Source: Candidatus Aminicenantaceae bacterium
GTDB taxonomy: Bacteria; Acidobacteriota; Aminicenantia; Aminicenantales; Aminicenantaceae
Assembly: GCA_049674205.1 (NCBI GenBank)
Contig: JBATYS010000346.1
Coordinates: 1-36,577, forward strand
Reading direction: 5' to 3'
DNA length: 36,577 nt
Shown: positions 20,327 through 28,949 of the stretch, piece by piece
How the letters are laid out: every line of letters begins with the position of its first letter
Position numbering within the stretch: the first letter of the stretch is position 1
The notes under the pieces: generated by a model
Seen by the model: the letters and a program-made list of their open reading frames with translations, nothing else
The model's database searches: none
Told to the model about the DNA's origin: nothing
Translations under genes and position numbers: made by a program

Positions 20327-20339
20327 ATAATTTGGAATC

Positions 20340-20368
20340 ATTATAGCTAGAATCATAGAATGAGTAAA
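20340..20368 (-). promoter_or_regulatory. Sigma70-type promoter for tRNA-Pro
   Basis: On the minus strand: TTTACT (20363-20368), a 17-nt spacer, then TATAAT (20340-20345), 13 nt upstream of the tRNA 5' end. Confidence 0.45.
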
Positions 20369-20396
20369 GGCTGATACACACACTAAAAAACAAACT

Positions 20397-21467
20397 CTAT
20401 ACAATTTCGATCAGTTCATAATCCATACGACCGAGTCCGATCTGTTGTGCGTGTTCGAGCTGAACTGCCCAATCAACATTGTGAACATCTCTCAGCAGAT
20501 CCCGGCGACTTCGCTCATTCACAAGGTCGACGGAAGCTCTATCAACGGCAACAGGATCCAGAGAGCCCAGGATGCCTATATCATCAACGATTGCCGGCTC
20601 ATCCATCGCCATACAATCGCAATTCTTCGTCACCCCGATCAAAAAATTCAAGCATGCGATATTGCCGTTCAAAACTTTCCAGAGACTGTAAGCGTATTCG
20701 GCCATCTTCTCCTGAACGCGGATAATGTCTCCATCCCAGCGCATCTTGACAGCCCCAACACTGCAAACCACGAGGCACTCGCCACACCCGATACATTTCT
20801 CTGCGATGATCCGAACGCTCCTCTCCCCTCCTTCGATTGCATCTGCGGGACAATAATCCATGCAGGTCAGACAATTCTTGCACGCTTTCTGATTAATCCA
20901 AGGGCGCACATCCGAGTGTTGCTCAAGCTTGCCCGATCTGGAGGCACATCCCATTCCCAGATTCTTCAGGGCAGCACCAAAACCAGTCTGAATATGCCCA
21001 GTGAAATGACTCAAACACACGAGAAAATCCGTATTCGAAAAAGCACTGGCATGTTTCGCCGTTTTGACTCGAGGAAGATCGACCTCAACCTCATCATCGT
21101 CGCGACCGATCAGGCCGTCCGCAATGATCACAGGGATCTGAAGTGTATCGATCGTGAATCCATGATCGGCCGCTAACATCAGATGAGCCACAGCATTTGA
21201 TCGATTACCCACATACAGGGCATTGGTGTCTGTGATATAAACCCGAGACGTTTTTTTCTTTATCTCATGTATGAGTTGGGCCAACCAGGGAGGCCTGATA
21301 TATCCTGTATTTCCTTTCTCACCAAAATGGATCTTAAGTCCCACAAAGTGTTCTCTTTCGATCTGCTTTTCCATACCAAGATGGTGAAAGACTTTTGCCG
21401 TTTTTTCGGCGAAGGATTTATCCGATTCTTCTCTGGATGCTGCGATGAAGAAAACTTTGCTCGGCAT
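20397..21467 (-). CDS. DUF362-domain protein with a 2x[4Fe-4S] ferredoxin insert
   Basis: 356 aa. It has the DUF362-type N-terminus (VGLKIHFGEKGN...YITDTNALY) and two cluster motifs, CKNCLTCMDYCP and CIGCGECLVVCS. Confidence 0.85.
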   Translation of the reverse strand: MPSKVFFIAASREESDKSFAEKTAKVFHHLGMEKQIEREHFVGLKIHFGEKGNTGYIRPPWLAQLIHEIKKKTSRVYITDTNALYVGNRSNAVAHLMLAADHGFTIDTLQIPVIIADGLIGRDDDEVEVDLPRVKTAKHASAFSNTDFLVCLSHFTGHIQTGFGAALKNLGMGCASRSGKLEQHSDVRPWINQKACKNCLTCMDYCPADAIEGGERSVRIIAEKCIGCGECLVVCSVGAVKMRWDGDIIRVQEKMAEYAYSLWKVLNGNIACLNFLIGVTKNCDCMAMDEPAIVDDIGILGSLDPVAVDRASVDLVNERSRRDLLRDVHNVDWAVQLEHAQQIGLGRMDYELIEIV

Positions 21468-21477
21468 TTTTTTATAC

Positions 21478-22632
21478 TCAGCTCGATGGAGATTCTAGAA
21501 TCTTACGAGCGGCATGTATACCAGAATGAGGATCAAAACTGTAGCCAAGAGTGGAAAGAGTGCTTTCCAGAGCCGCTACAGCAAACTGAACTTGAGAGAC
21601 GGACAGATTGCCCATATGCCCCATTCGGAATACTTTTCCTGCAACTTCTCCCAATCCTCCAGCGACAATGACCCCATTGGATGCATAGGTGGTCCGGAAA
21701 GCTTGATCATCGATTCCTTCTGGATAGTAACACACAGTAAGTGTATCCGCGAGGAATGCTTCATCTGTAAAAAAAGAGAAACCCAGATGTCTCAGTGCGG
21801 CCCGGATGGCTTTGGCTACTCTCTGATGGCGGCGGAATCGCTCTTCCATCCCCTCCTCGAGAATGATCTTTGTGCCCTCGTTAAAAGCCCTGATCTCATT
21901 CACACAGGGAGTTGAAAAATACTTCGAGGGATCTTTCATGATGGGCAACCACCGCATCAAGTCTGCATAGTATGCAGGGATGGCCTCCATGCTCTGCCTT
22001 TTGTCCATCGCCTTTCGTGAGAGGATAAGGACGGCCAGGCCAGGAGGAACACCAAAACATTTTTGGGCCGCTGTGAGAACCACATCGACACCCCAATCGT
22101 CCATCCTCTCTTCTATGCCGCCCGTGGCACAGACACCATCAATGATATAGAGACTATCAAAATCCGCAAGAATCTCCGCATAATCTTTGACAGGGGCACA
22201 AGCTCCGGTAGCTGTATCCACATGCGTGGACAGGACAGCTGCATAATGCTCTGTGGCTATTTTCTCAGCTAGCTCTTCAGGGAGGACGGCCTTACCCCAT
22301 GGGCTCTGGATGATATCACACGCTAGATCAAAACTTTCGGCGATTTCTTTCATCCGTTGGCCGAAAAAACCCTGAGAGAGAACCAGAATTTTCTCCCCTT
22401 TATTGACAGTGTTGAGCAAAGCCATCTCCATAGCAAGTGTACCCGCCCCAGCCACGATAAATGGCTCTCCATCCTGGCAGAAGACTATCTTTTTCAGATT
22501 ATCCAATGCCTCTTTCAGTTCATCCACCAGAATTGGACTCACATGAGAAACCGTAGGGAGAGATAAAGCGTTTAATATCCGCGGATGAACAGGCGTCGGT
22601 CCGGGTATCAAGAGTAATTGTTCTTTCTGCAT
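21478..22632 (-). CDS. Class-V pyridoxal-phosphate aminotransferase (alanine-glyoxylate / serine-pyruvate type)
   Basis: 384 aa. The N-terminal LLIPGPTPV and the PLP-lysine context TAAQKCFGVPPGL are typical of the AGXT/SPT family. It lies 10 nt upstream of the DUF362 gene on the same strand. Confidence 0.88.
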   Translation of the reverse strand: MQKEQLLLIPGPTPVHPRILNALSLPTVSHVSPILVDELKEALDNLKKIVFCQDGEPFIVAGAGTLAMEMALLNTVNKGEKILVLSQGFFGQRMKEIAESFDLACDIIQSPWGKAVLPEELAEKIATEHYAAVLSTHVDTATGACAPVKDYAEILADFDSLYIIDGVCATGGIEERMDDWGVDVVLTAAQKCFGVPPGLAVLILSRKAMDKRQSMEAIPAYYADLMRWLPIMKDPSKYFSTPCVNEIRAFNEGTKIILEEGMEERFRRHQRVAKAIRAALRHLGFSFFTDEAFLADTLTVCYYPEGIDDQAFRTTYASNGVIVAGGLGEVAGKVFRMGHMGNLSVSQVQFAVAALESTLSTLGYSFDPHSGIHAARKILESPSS

Positions 22633-22745
22633 GTCTTTATCCTTAAGTCTGTATTGACCGTATATTTTTAACTATTCCCCAGTATAAATCAACCCTCGAA
22701 CTTAATAAAAAAATATGGTAACTTAAACAAACCGATTATTCAGAA

Positions 22746-22985
22746 GATGGATTATTCACGAGTCGAGGCCAACCCACCCCATCCTAACTATCAGGTGGAG
22801 GCAGTGGCCCACGAAGCTGTAGTAAACTACCGCGAGGGGGCTACAACGAAGGCTTTGTAGTGAGATCGGCGGGTTATGTTGGGTCAGCGCCCGTAGGGTA
22901 AAAGATTCTGACAATAAGATATTGATTTTTTTTAAATTAAAGTATTTTAATAGAAATTTGACAGAAGCTTTTATGAATAATTCAG
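22746..22985 (+). repeat. Intergenic element, copy B (240 bp)
   Basis: It shares the left end, the 97-nt core and the right-end module with copy A. Its terminal inverted repeat is GGATTATTCA (22749-22758) and TGAATAATTC (22974-22983). It ends 5 nt before the RBS of the ABC ATPase gene. Confidence 0.7.
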
Positions 22986-23003
22986 AGGATGGGGAGAAAA
23001 GAG

Positions 23004-23930
23004 ATGCTGCAGATAGAGCACTTATCAAAAACATTTGACACGATCAAAGCCGTTGATGATATTTCCTTTGAGGTCACAGAGGGGGAAATATTCGGATTTC
23101 TTGGTCCCAATGGCGCAGGGAAAACAACGACCATCTCGATAATTGCGGGCTTGCTCAGACCAGACAGTGGAAAAATCCACATCAACTCTCTAGACCTTGA
23201 TGGAGACTTGAAAAAGATAAAAAGACTGATGGGCGTCGTTCCTCAGGAAATGGCCTTTTACGAAGAGTTGACTGCAAAGGAAAATCTTCTTTTCTGGGGA
23301 AAACTGTACGGAGTCAGGAAGAAAGAGCTGGATGAAAGGGTTCAGTACTATCTGGAAAAAACCGGATTACTGGGCAGAGAAAATGATGCACTAAAAAAAT
23401 ACTCAGGGGGGATGAAACGGAGGATCAACCTCATTATCGGCTTGATCCATGAGCCCAAGCTGTTGCTCCTGGATGAACCGACCATAGGCATAGATGTCCA
23501 GACAAAATTGAACATTTACCAGATCATCAAAGAGGCCTCTTCCAACGGAACAACCATCCTCTACACAACCCACAACCTTCAAGAAGCCGAGGAGCTCTGT
23601 CACCGCATAGCGATTTTGGACCTTGGTAAGATCTTAGCCCTGGGCACCCTTGATGAACTCATACAGATCGTGGGCGAGAAAGATATCGTCATAATCAGCG
23701 GAAAATTCAGTATCGACATGGCAAGAACAATCATCTCTGAATTCCAACAGGCCACAGTCCTATCTATCGAGGAGAGAAAACTTGTGCTCTCACTGGAAGC
23801 CTCAAAGAATATATCAACTCTTCTTGAGGAGTTCTTTAAGAAAGGGATCACGATCGATGATGTGTCTATTAAGCAACCAAACCTTGAAAGTGTTTTCCTC
23901 AAACTGACTGGAAAGGAACTGCGCGAGTGA
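23004..23930 (+). CDS. ABC transporter ATP-binding protein
   Basis: It has Walker A GPNGAGKTT, signature YSGGMKRR and Walker B LLLLDEPT. I prefer ATG 23004 (GGGGAG 7 nt upstream, MLQIEHLSKTF) over ATG 22989. Confidence 0.9.
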   Translation: MLQIEHLSKTFDTIKAVDDISFEVTEGEIFGFLGPNGAGKTTTISIIAGLLRPDSGKIHINSLDLDGDLKKIKRLMGVVPQEMAFYEELTAKENLLFWGKLYGVRKKELDERVQYYLEKTGLLGRENDALKKYSGGMKRRINLIIGLIHEPKLLLLDEPTIGIDVQTKLNIYQIIKEASSNGTTILYTTHNLQEAEELCHRIAILDLGKILALGTLDELIQIVGEKDIVIISGKFSIDMARTIISEFQQATVLSIEERKLVLSLEASKNISTLLEEFFKKGITIDDVSIKQPNLESVFLKLTGKELRE

Positions 23931-25174
23931 ATAATATTTTTCATCTTGTCCGGAAAGATTTTAGGAGAAAGTGGAAAAATCCAGCTGTCATCCTAGGTTT
24001 TCTCTTTATCCCTTTGGTGTTCACTCTTATCTTCGGGATGGTCTTCGGTTCCGGTGGAGGGGAAACTCTCCCTCAGGTCAAAATTTTTGCTGTGGACAAT
24101 GACCAAAGTCTAGTCTCCGGATTTATGCTCGGTGCACTGACTCAAGGGGAATTGAACGAACTCATCGACCTCGAAGAAATCGAAGAGGAGGAGGGACGCA
24201 AGCTTTTGGATAGAGGGAAAGCTTCGGCATTATTGATCATTCCGGAAAACTTTGGGGATAACATTTGGGAGGGACAACCGACCGAGATACTGCTTATAAA
24301 GAATCCAGCCGAGCAGTTTCTCCCTCAGATCGCTGAAGAGATAATCGACACAATGACGCTTGGCCTGTCTTCTCTTCGCCAAGTATTCGCTGGCGAGTTG
24401 GATACTATCAGAAAGTTCGCGGAACTCGAAGAATTTCCGGATGAAACGATCTCGGCCCTCTCTCTGCAATTTAAAGGCCGCATCGATGGGATGTCAAAAT
24501 ACCTCATTCCTCCTGTCATTTCGATCAAACAAATAACCCTGTCAGAAGAAAAAGAGGAAGTGTCTGACTTAAGTGTCCAAGCCTACATACTCCCAGCCAT
24601 GGCAGTCATGTTTCTCCTCTTTATCTGCAACGCTGTTTTTGAAGATATTCTCAGTGAAAAAGAGAGTGGAACACTCATGAGGTTGCGCGTGTCACCGGTA
24701 AACTTGAGAGAGTATATCTGGAGCAAAATAGTCACCTCCACTCTGATCGGCATCCTCTGCACATCTTTTTTGATCATCCTTGGACGAGTCATCTTTTCCA
24801 TTAATTGGGGCGACCCTGTCTCTATCGCACTTCTTGTTCTCTGTCTCAATATTCTAATAGCCGGCTTTATCTCATTTCTCTTTTCTTTTGTCCGTACAGA
24901 AAGACAGGCTGGTGCACTTCTCACTACAGTGATCTTATTGATGTCCATGCTCGGTGGTAGTATGGTCCCCGTGGAAAATTATCCCCCAGCTATTCTCAAA
25001 TTCTCCAAACTGACTCTGAATTATTGGGGAATCACTGCATTCAAAAACATCATGCGGGGCGAGCCTCTCGCAACGATAGTGCCCATTTTGTTTTTTATGG
25101 CCGTTGCGGGTGTTTTGCTTTCCATTCTGGGCTCTTACTTCCTGAACAGGAATCTCCAAAGGGGAATCTCCTAA
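23927..25174 (+). CDS. ABC-2 type transporter permease
   Basis: 415 aa. An N-terminal TM helix is followed by a large extracytoplasmic loop and a C-terminal bundle of about 5 TM helices, as in the ABC-2 family. The GTG start overlaps the ATPase stop (GTGA). Confidence 0.85.
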   Translation: MNNIFHLVRKDFRRKWKNPAVILGFLFIPLVFTLIFGMVFGSGGGETLPQVKIFAVDNDQSLVSGFMLGALTQGELNELIDLEEIEEEEGRKLLDRGKASALLIIPENFGDNIWEGQPTEILLIKNPAEQFLPQIAEEIIDTMTLGLSSLRQVFAGELDTIRKFAELEEFPDETISALSLQFKGRIDGMSKYLIPPVISIKQITLSEEKEEVSDLSVQAYILPAMAVMFLLFICNAVFEDILSEKESGTLMRLRVSPVNLREYIWSKIVTSTLIGILCTSFLIILGRVIFSINWGDPVSIALLVLCLNILIAGFISFLFSFVRTERQAGALLTTVILLMSMLGGSMVPVENYPPAILKFSKLTLNYWGITAFKNIMRGEPLATIVPILFFMAVAGVLLSILGSYFLNRNLQRGIS

Positions 25175-26304
25175 TGACATTCTGGACCATAGCTGTCAAT
25201 GACTTGAAGCTCACGATCAAGGACAAGATGTTTTTTTTCTGGCTCCTTGTTTTTCCTCTCCTTTTTGCATTGATCTTTGGTATGGCTTTTCCTGAATCTG
25301 AGGGCGGGATCAGAAAAGTCACACTCAATGTGTTGGACCACGACAAAAGTTTTCTCTCCGAGCAACTGATGAAAGAGCTGGAGAGCGAGAAGTATGCAGT
25401 AAAAGTGCTTGAGAATGAAGAGGAGAAGAGCATAAGAACTCTTATCATTCCGCAAAACTTTGCCAAGGATATTATATCCGGGACAAAAGTCGAGCTCATC
25501 CTAGAGAAGGAAGCTTCAAGCAACATGGAAGCATCTCAAGCGGCCTATTCCAATATTTTAAAAGCCATTATCAAAATCATGTCCAGAATCATCCTCGTCG
25601 CTCCAGAAGATGAGACGGACCTTAAAGTCAGATATGACCAACATGACTTAGAGAGGCTCATTTCCCTCCAAACGGAAATGGGCGGCAAGCTTCATGTTAT
25701 TCCTGCCGGTTTCAACCACTCCATTCCCGCTATCACGATCATGTTCATCATCTTCACCATACTCATGTACGGAGGGATCATCCTCCTTGAGGAGCGTCGG
25801 CATGGACAACTGGAAAGAACATTCTTGAGTCCGGCGACATTTGCGACAATCCTAGGAGGAAAATGGACCAGCCGAGTGATAATCGGTATGATCCAGACAA
25901 TTCTTCTCTTTGCAGCGGGTAAAGTCCTGTTCAAGATCTATTTTGGACCTTCCATCCTTTCCATCCTATTGGTCGCGCTATTCTTCTGCGGCTCAATAGC
26001 CGGAATGAGTATCCTATTTGGCAGCGTGATCAAAAAAATTGAGATTCTCATCATCCTCAACATCCTCGTAGCCAATACCATGTCTGCTCTTGGGGGATGT
26101 TGGTGGCCCCTGGAACTTGTCCCTCGGGGAATACGAAACTTAGGCTTCATCTTTCCGACAGGATGGGCCATGGATGCGTTCCATAAATTACTCTTTTTTG
26201 GTTATGGCCTTTCAGCCGTTCTTCCCCACATCGGGGTCCTTTTTCTTTTCACTGTGATCTTTCTCATCCTGGCCATCAAATTCTTTAAGCTTCGAAAAAA
26301 TTAA
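25174..26304 (+). CDS. ABC-2 type transporter permease (paralogue of the previous gene)
   Basis: It has the same architecture as the preceding permease. I take ATG 25174, which overlaps the upstream stop (TAATG, MTFWTIAVNDLK...), rather than the ORF-track start at 25024, which would overlap the previous gene by 150 nt. Confidence 0.85.
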   Translation: MTFWTIAVNDLKLTIKDKMFFFWLLVFPLLFALIFGMAFPESEGGIRKVTLNVLDHDKSFLSEQLMKELESEKYAVKVLENEEEKSIRTLIIPQNFAKDIISGTKVELILEKEASSNMEASQAAYSNILKAIIKIMSRIILVAPEDETDLKVRYDQHDLERLISLQTEMGGKLHVIPAGFNHSIPAITIMFIIFTILMYGGIILLEERRHGQLERTFLSPATFATILGGKWTSRVIIGMIQTILLFAAGKVLFKIYFGPSILSILLVALFFCGSIAGMSILFGSVIKKIEILIILNILVANTMSALGGCWWPLELVPRGIRNLGFIFPTGWAMDAFHKLLFFGYGLSAVLPHIGVLFLFTVIFLILAIKFFKLRKN

Positions 26305-26367
26305 GATCATTTATCTCAAAGGAGAAGGTTATCTGTCATGGAGAAACGGAGTTAAAAGTATTGGCTG

Positions 26368-26952
26368 CTACAGAAGAGTTTGAACAAATAACTGAAGCGC
26401 CTTGACATCCGCAAAGACCTTCGCTTGAGTCGAGGAAAATTTCTCTCGATCTCTGTTCAAAATAAAGACCTTAACAATGCCCACATTCTTGGCAGCTTCT
26501 ATATCAAAGAAGGTGTCACCGATGACACAACACTCCTCTTTTTTCAGTTTCAATTCCTTTAAAACGGCGTTGAACGGAGCTCCTGATGGCTTCCAGAGTC
26601 CGCTTTCCCTGGAAAGAACAAGGTCGAATGCCAGGTCGAATTTATGGAGAAGGTACAGAGCATTTTCTCTCGAGTTGTTCGTGACCAGCGCTACCTTTAT
26701 GCCTCTCTTCTTCAAAAAAGCCAAAAACTCAGGTATCCCATCCTTGAGAACGGCTTTTTTCGTCGCTTCATTTTCAATATTTTCCAGTTGTTTCCATTTC
26801 TGGGTCTTTTCCGGTTCTGCCAAGCTCTGAATGTAAGTAAGGATAGGTTTCCCCTGGGTGTTCAATTCTTCCTTTATATTCTTCCAATCATATGGGGCGT
26901 CGACAAGCGTTCCATCCATATCAAAGATGGAACCCTTAAGCTTTTTCGACAA
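26368..26952 (-). CDS. HAD-superfamily hydrolase / phosphatase
   Basis: 194 aa. Motif I is FDMDGTLVD, motif II is VTNNS, and motif IV is the C-terminal GDTFFDIEAAKNVG. Confidence 0.85.
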   Translation of the reverse strand: MSKKLKGSIFDMDGTLVDAPYDWKNIKEELNTQGKPILTYIQSLAEPEKTQKWKQLENIENEATKKAVLKDGIPEFLAFLKKRGIKVALVTNNSRENALYLLHKFDLAFDLVLSRESGLWKPSGAPFNAVLKELKLKKEECCVIGDTFFDIEAAKNVGIVKVFILNRDREKFSSTQAKVFADVKALQLFVQTLL

Positions 26953-26971
26953 AAATTCTCCTTAGGAGCTC

Positions 26972-28042
26972 TTAGTCTTTTTGAATGCTTCCGACTTCAA
27001 AGAGAGGTTCTCCCTTATTGGCAGGAGGAGTTTCTATGATATAGAGGATGATTCCCGTAAAGGGAGACTTGAGTTCTTGTTTGACATTACCCAAGTAATC
27101 CATAATGGTACCGACGATCTCTCCTTTTGAGACATAATAGCCCATTTTGGTTTCCGGGTAGAACAACCCATCCATATCTGCATAGATCACCTCGTACTTA
27201 TCGATCCATACTGGATTGGAAACCGGCTCTGGAACTCCTTCGATCATCTCAAAGTATCTCATGACACTGAGAATCCCTTTGACATTCCGTGCGATGGACT
27301 CCTCATCTGTTTTGCCCAAGTATCCAGACTCTGTTGTGATCGCTGGCTTGCCATGAAGAACAACGGTGTTACCCAGATATTTGGAGTCCGTTTTATCCTT
27401 TGTCCGCGATTTGTCGATGATGATATACTTGATCCCAAAGGCAAGGACCATCTCTTTTGTGACGTTGTCCAGCTCTGGGTCTCCGCTGAGCATCCAGTAA
27501 CAATAAGGGATGAGAGCCTCATTTCCATCACCGCAGTGGAGGTCAATGAGACAATCACATTTCTTCACGACTTCCTCAGTCAGTACGTATGCGATCCTCT
27601 GTGCCGATGTTCCCTCAGGGTCACCGGGGAACACTCTGTTCAGATTTTTCCAGTCGTAGGGATTGTAATAGAGAATTCTCTTTTGAAATCCTGGAAGATT
27701 GGCAATGTGGACCAACACGAGAGTTCCTGATAAAGATCCAGGATCGATCATCTTTTTTATTCGATAGAGTGAAAGGATAGGAGGATACTCATAACCATGC
27801 ACTCCGGCTACGAGAGCTAAAGTTTTCCCCTTTTTTGTGCCATTGATAACAGTTATAGGAATAAAGCAACCGGGATCATCTTTGTCTGGAACGGTCAGAT
27901 ATCCAGACATCACTTCCCCTGGAGCGACTTTAATGTCTCCGATAATGAATAACTCATTCTCATCACATATCAAGTGAGATATTCCTATCACCAATAAGAA
28001 GATAAGACAGAAATTGATTCTTTTTACGAAAGAATATGACAT
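26972..28042 (-). CDS. Succinylglutamate desuccinylase/aspartoacylase-family (M14-like) zinc hydrolase, secreted or membrane-anchored
   Basis: 356 aa. It has an N-terminal hydrophobic signal/anchor (FCLIFLLVIGISHL) and the AstE/AspA motifs VAGVHGYEY and DLHCGDGNE. The RBS GGGAGGG lies 7 nt upstream of the ATG. Confidence 0.8.
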   Translation of the reverse strand: MSYSFVKRINFCLIFLLVIGISHLICDENELFIIGDIKVAPGEVMSGYLTVPDKDDPGCFIPITVINGTKKGKTLALVAGVHGYEYPPILSLYRIKKMIDPGSLSGTLVLVHIANLPGFQKRILYYNPYDWKNLNRVFPGDPEGTSAQRIAYVLTEEVVKKCDCLIDLHCGDGNEALIPYCYWMLSGDPELDNVTKEMVLAFGIKYIIIDKSRTKDKTDSKYLGNTVVLHGKPAITTESGYLGKTDEESIARNVKGILSVMRYFEMIEGVPEPVSNPVWIDKYEVIYADMDGLFYPETKMGYYVSKGEIVGTIMDYLGNVKQELKSPFTGIILYIIETPPANKGEPLFEVGSIQKD

Positions 28043-28375
28043 AACATGCCCTCCCTTGATTCAGCCATAATTTCATCTATTCTACATCTTTCCTTCCTTT
28101 GGGTCTATACCGAACACTTAATCGGAAGCATTTCCAAAATCGCGATGGAGTAAATTCTCGAAAACAGTGTTAAGTGATCAGATTTTGTAGTTGAGAAAAT
28201 CGTGAGAAGGGCTGGACGGGCATGGTACATCTCCCTTGAGGAGATGTGAGGGAAGCCCCCTTGTCCGAGCGAAGTTTCCTCGCTGGGGAAACTGAGCGTG
28301 TTTTCGAAACTATATAATCTGATCATTCGACATGTCATTCATTACGGTTTTGGAACCTGTTCCGATGGAATGATA

Positions 28376-28404
28376 GTGACATGAGTATATGCTTCTGTTA
28401 TAAT
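28376..28404 (+). promoter_or_regulatory. Sigma70-type promoter for the small membrane-protein gene
   Basis: GTGACA (28376-28381), a 17-nt spacer, then TATAAT (28399-28404). Confidence 0.45.
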
Positions 28405-28445
28405 CTCAAAAAATGACTTTATCCATATGATCGGGAGGTGAAGCA

Positions 28446-28715
28446 ATGGGAAAACTCTTCGCTATCATCTGCGGATTGATTTTAATGGCAGGCAGTGTGT
28501 GGCTTGCGATATTCGTCTGGTGGAAGGAGTTTCGTGAGCTGGTGTTGGGTTCTATACCACCATTTCTTTTCCTGGTCGGCCTCATTGTTTTTATCGCTGG
28601 AATAAGCAGCATTAAAGATGCCCAACGGATAAAGAGACTCCAAGAGGAAACAGCCATAGAGAAGCCTGAATCCGAGACGACTGAGGGAGCAGAACAAGAA
28701 ACAAAAGAGGCCTGA
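28446..28715 (+). CDS. Small membrane protein (two predicted TM helices, acidic C-terminal tail)
   Basis: 89 aa. A strong RBS GGAGGTG lies 6 nt upstream of the ATG. It has two hydrophobic helices (FAIICGLILMAGSVWLAIFVWW and IPPFLFLVGLIVFIAGI). I do not recognise a family. Confidence 0.6.
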   Translation: MGKLFAIICGLILMAGSVWLAIFVWWKEFRELVLGSIPPFLFLVGLIVFIAGISSIKDAQRIKRLQEETAIEKPESETTEGAEQETKEA

Positions 28716-28716
28716 T

Positions 28717-28848
28717 TTTCCTGGATTATTCATAAAAGCGGTAGTTCACTACCGACCCGACCTAACCAACCATACTTCGTGGGCCACGGCCTCAACCTTA
28801 ATGTTAGGGTGGGGTGGGTTGGCCTCGGCTCGTGAATAACCCAGGAAA
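28717..28848 (-). repeat. Intergenic element, copy C (short form, 132 bp, inverted orientation)
   Basis: It has a 16-nt terminal inverted repeat, TTTCCTGGATTATTCA (28717-28732) and TGAATAACCCAGGAAA (28833-28848). The reverse complement carries TTATTCACGAGCCGAGGCCAACCCACCCC, GGTTAGGTCGGGTCGG and the CGGTAG-TGAA-CTACCG hairpin shared with copies A and B. It is flanked by CCTGAT and CCTAAT. Confidence 0.7.
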
Positions 28849-28889
28849 CCTAATGCCGTCAGCAGCTTTCATTTATCTCATTTTTTTTG

Positions 28890-28918
28890 TTGACAATGAT
28901 TGCGTAATTCTGTAATAT
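28890..28918 (+). promoter_or_regulatory. Sigma70-type promoter for the RHH-protein gene
   Basis: TTGACA (28890-28895), a 17-nt spacer, then TAATAT (28913-28918). Confidence 0.5.
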
Positions 28919-28949
28919 GTAATTGAATTACATTATGATGGAGAATGAA

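Noticed and set aside
25024-25173. The upstream extension of the second ABC-2 permease ORF.
   Set aside because: It overlaps the first permease by 150 nt in another frame. ATG 25174 gives a TAATG coupling and a typical permease N-terminus.
28257-28330. A resemblance to riboswitch fragments: CTGAG...AATCTGATC (TPP-like) and TCCGAGC...GGAAAC (Moco-like).
   Set aside because: Only short fragments match. The defining elements are absent (CUGAGA plus the ACCUGAUCUGGAUAAUGCCAGCG helix for TPP, and the conserved GCCUCCC for Moco). The neighbouring genes are unrelated to thiamine or molybdenum.
28717-28848. Element C as an integron attC site, given its 132-bp imperfect palindrome.
   Set aside because: It has no GTTRRRY/RYYYAAC core sites at its ends, no integrase, and no cassette-like gene array. 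The same sequence family also occurs as 240-316-bp forms.
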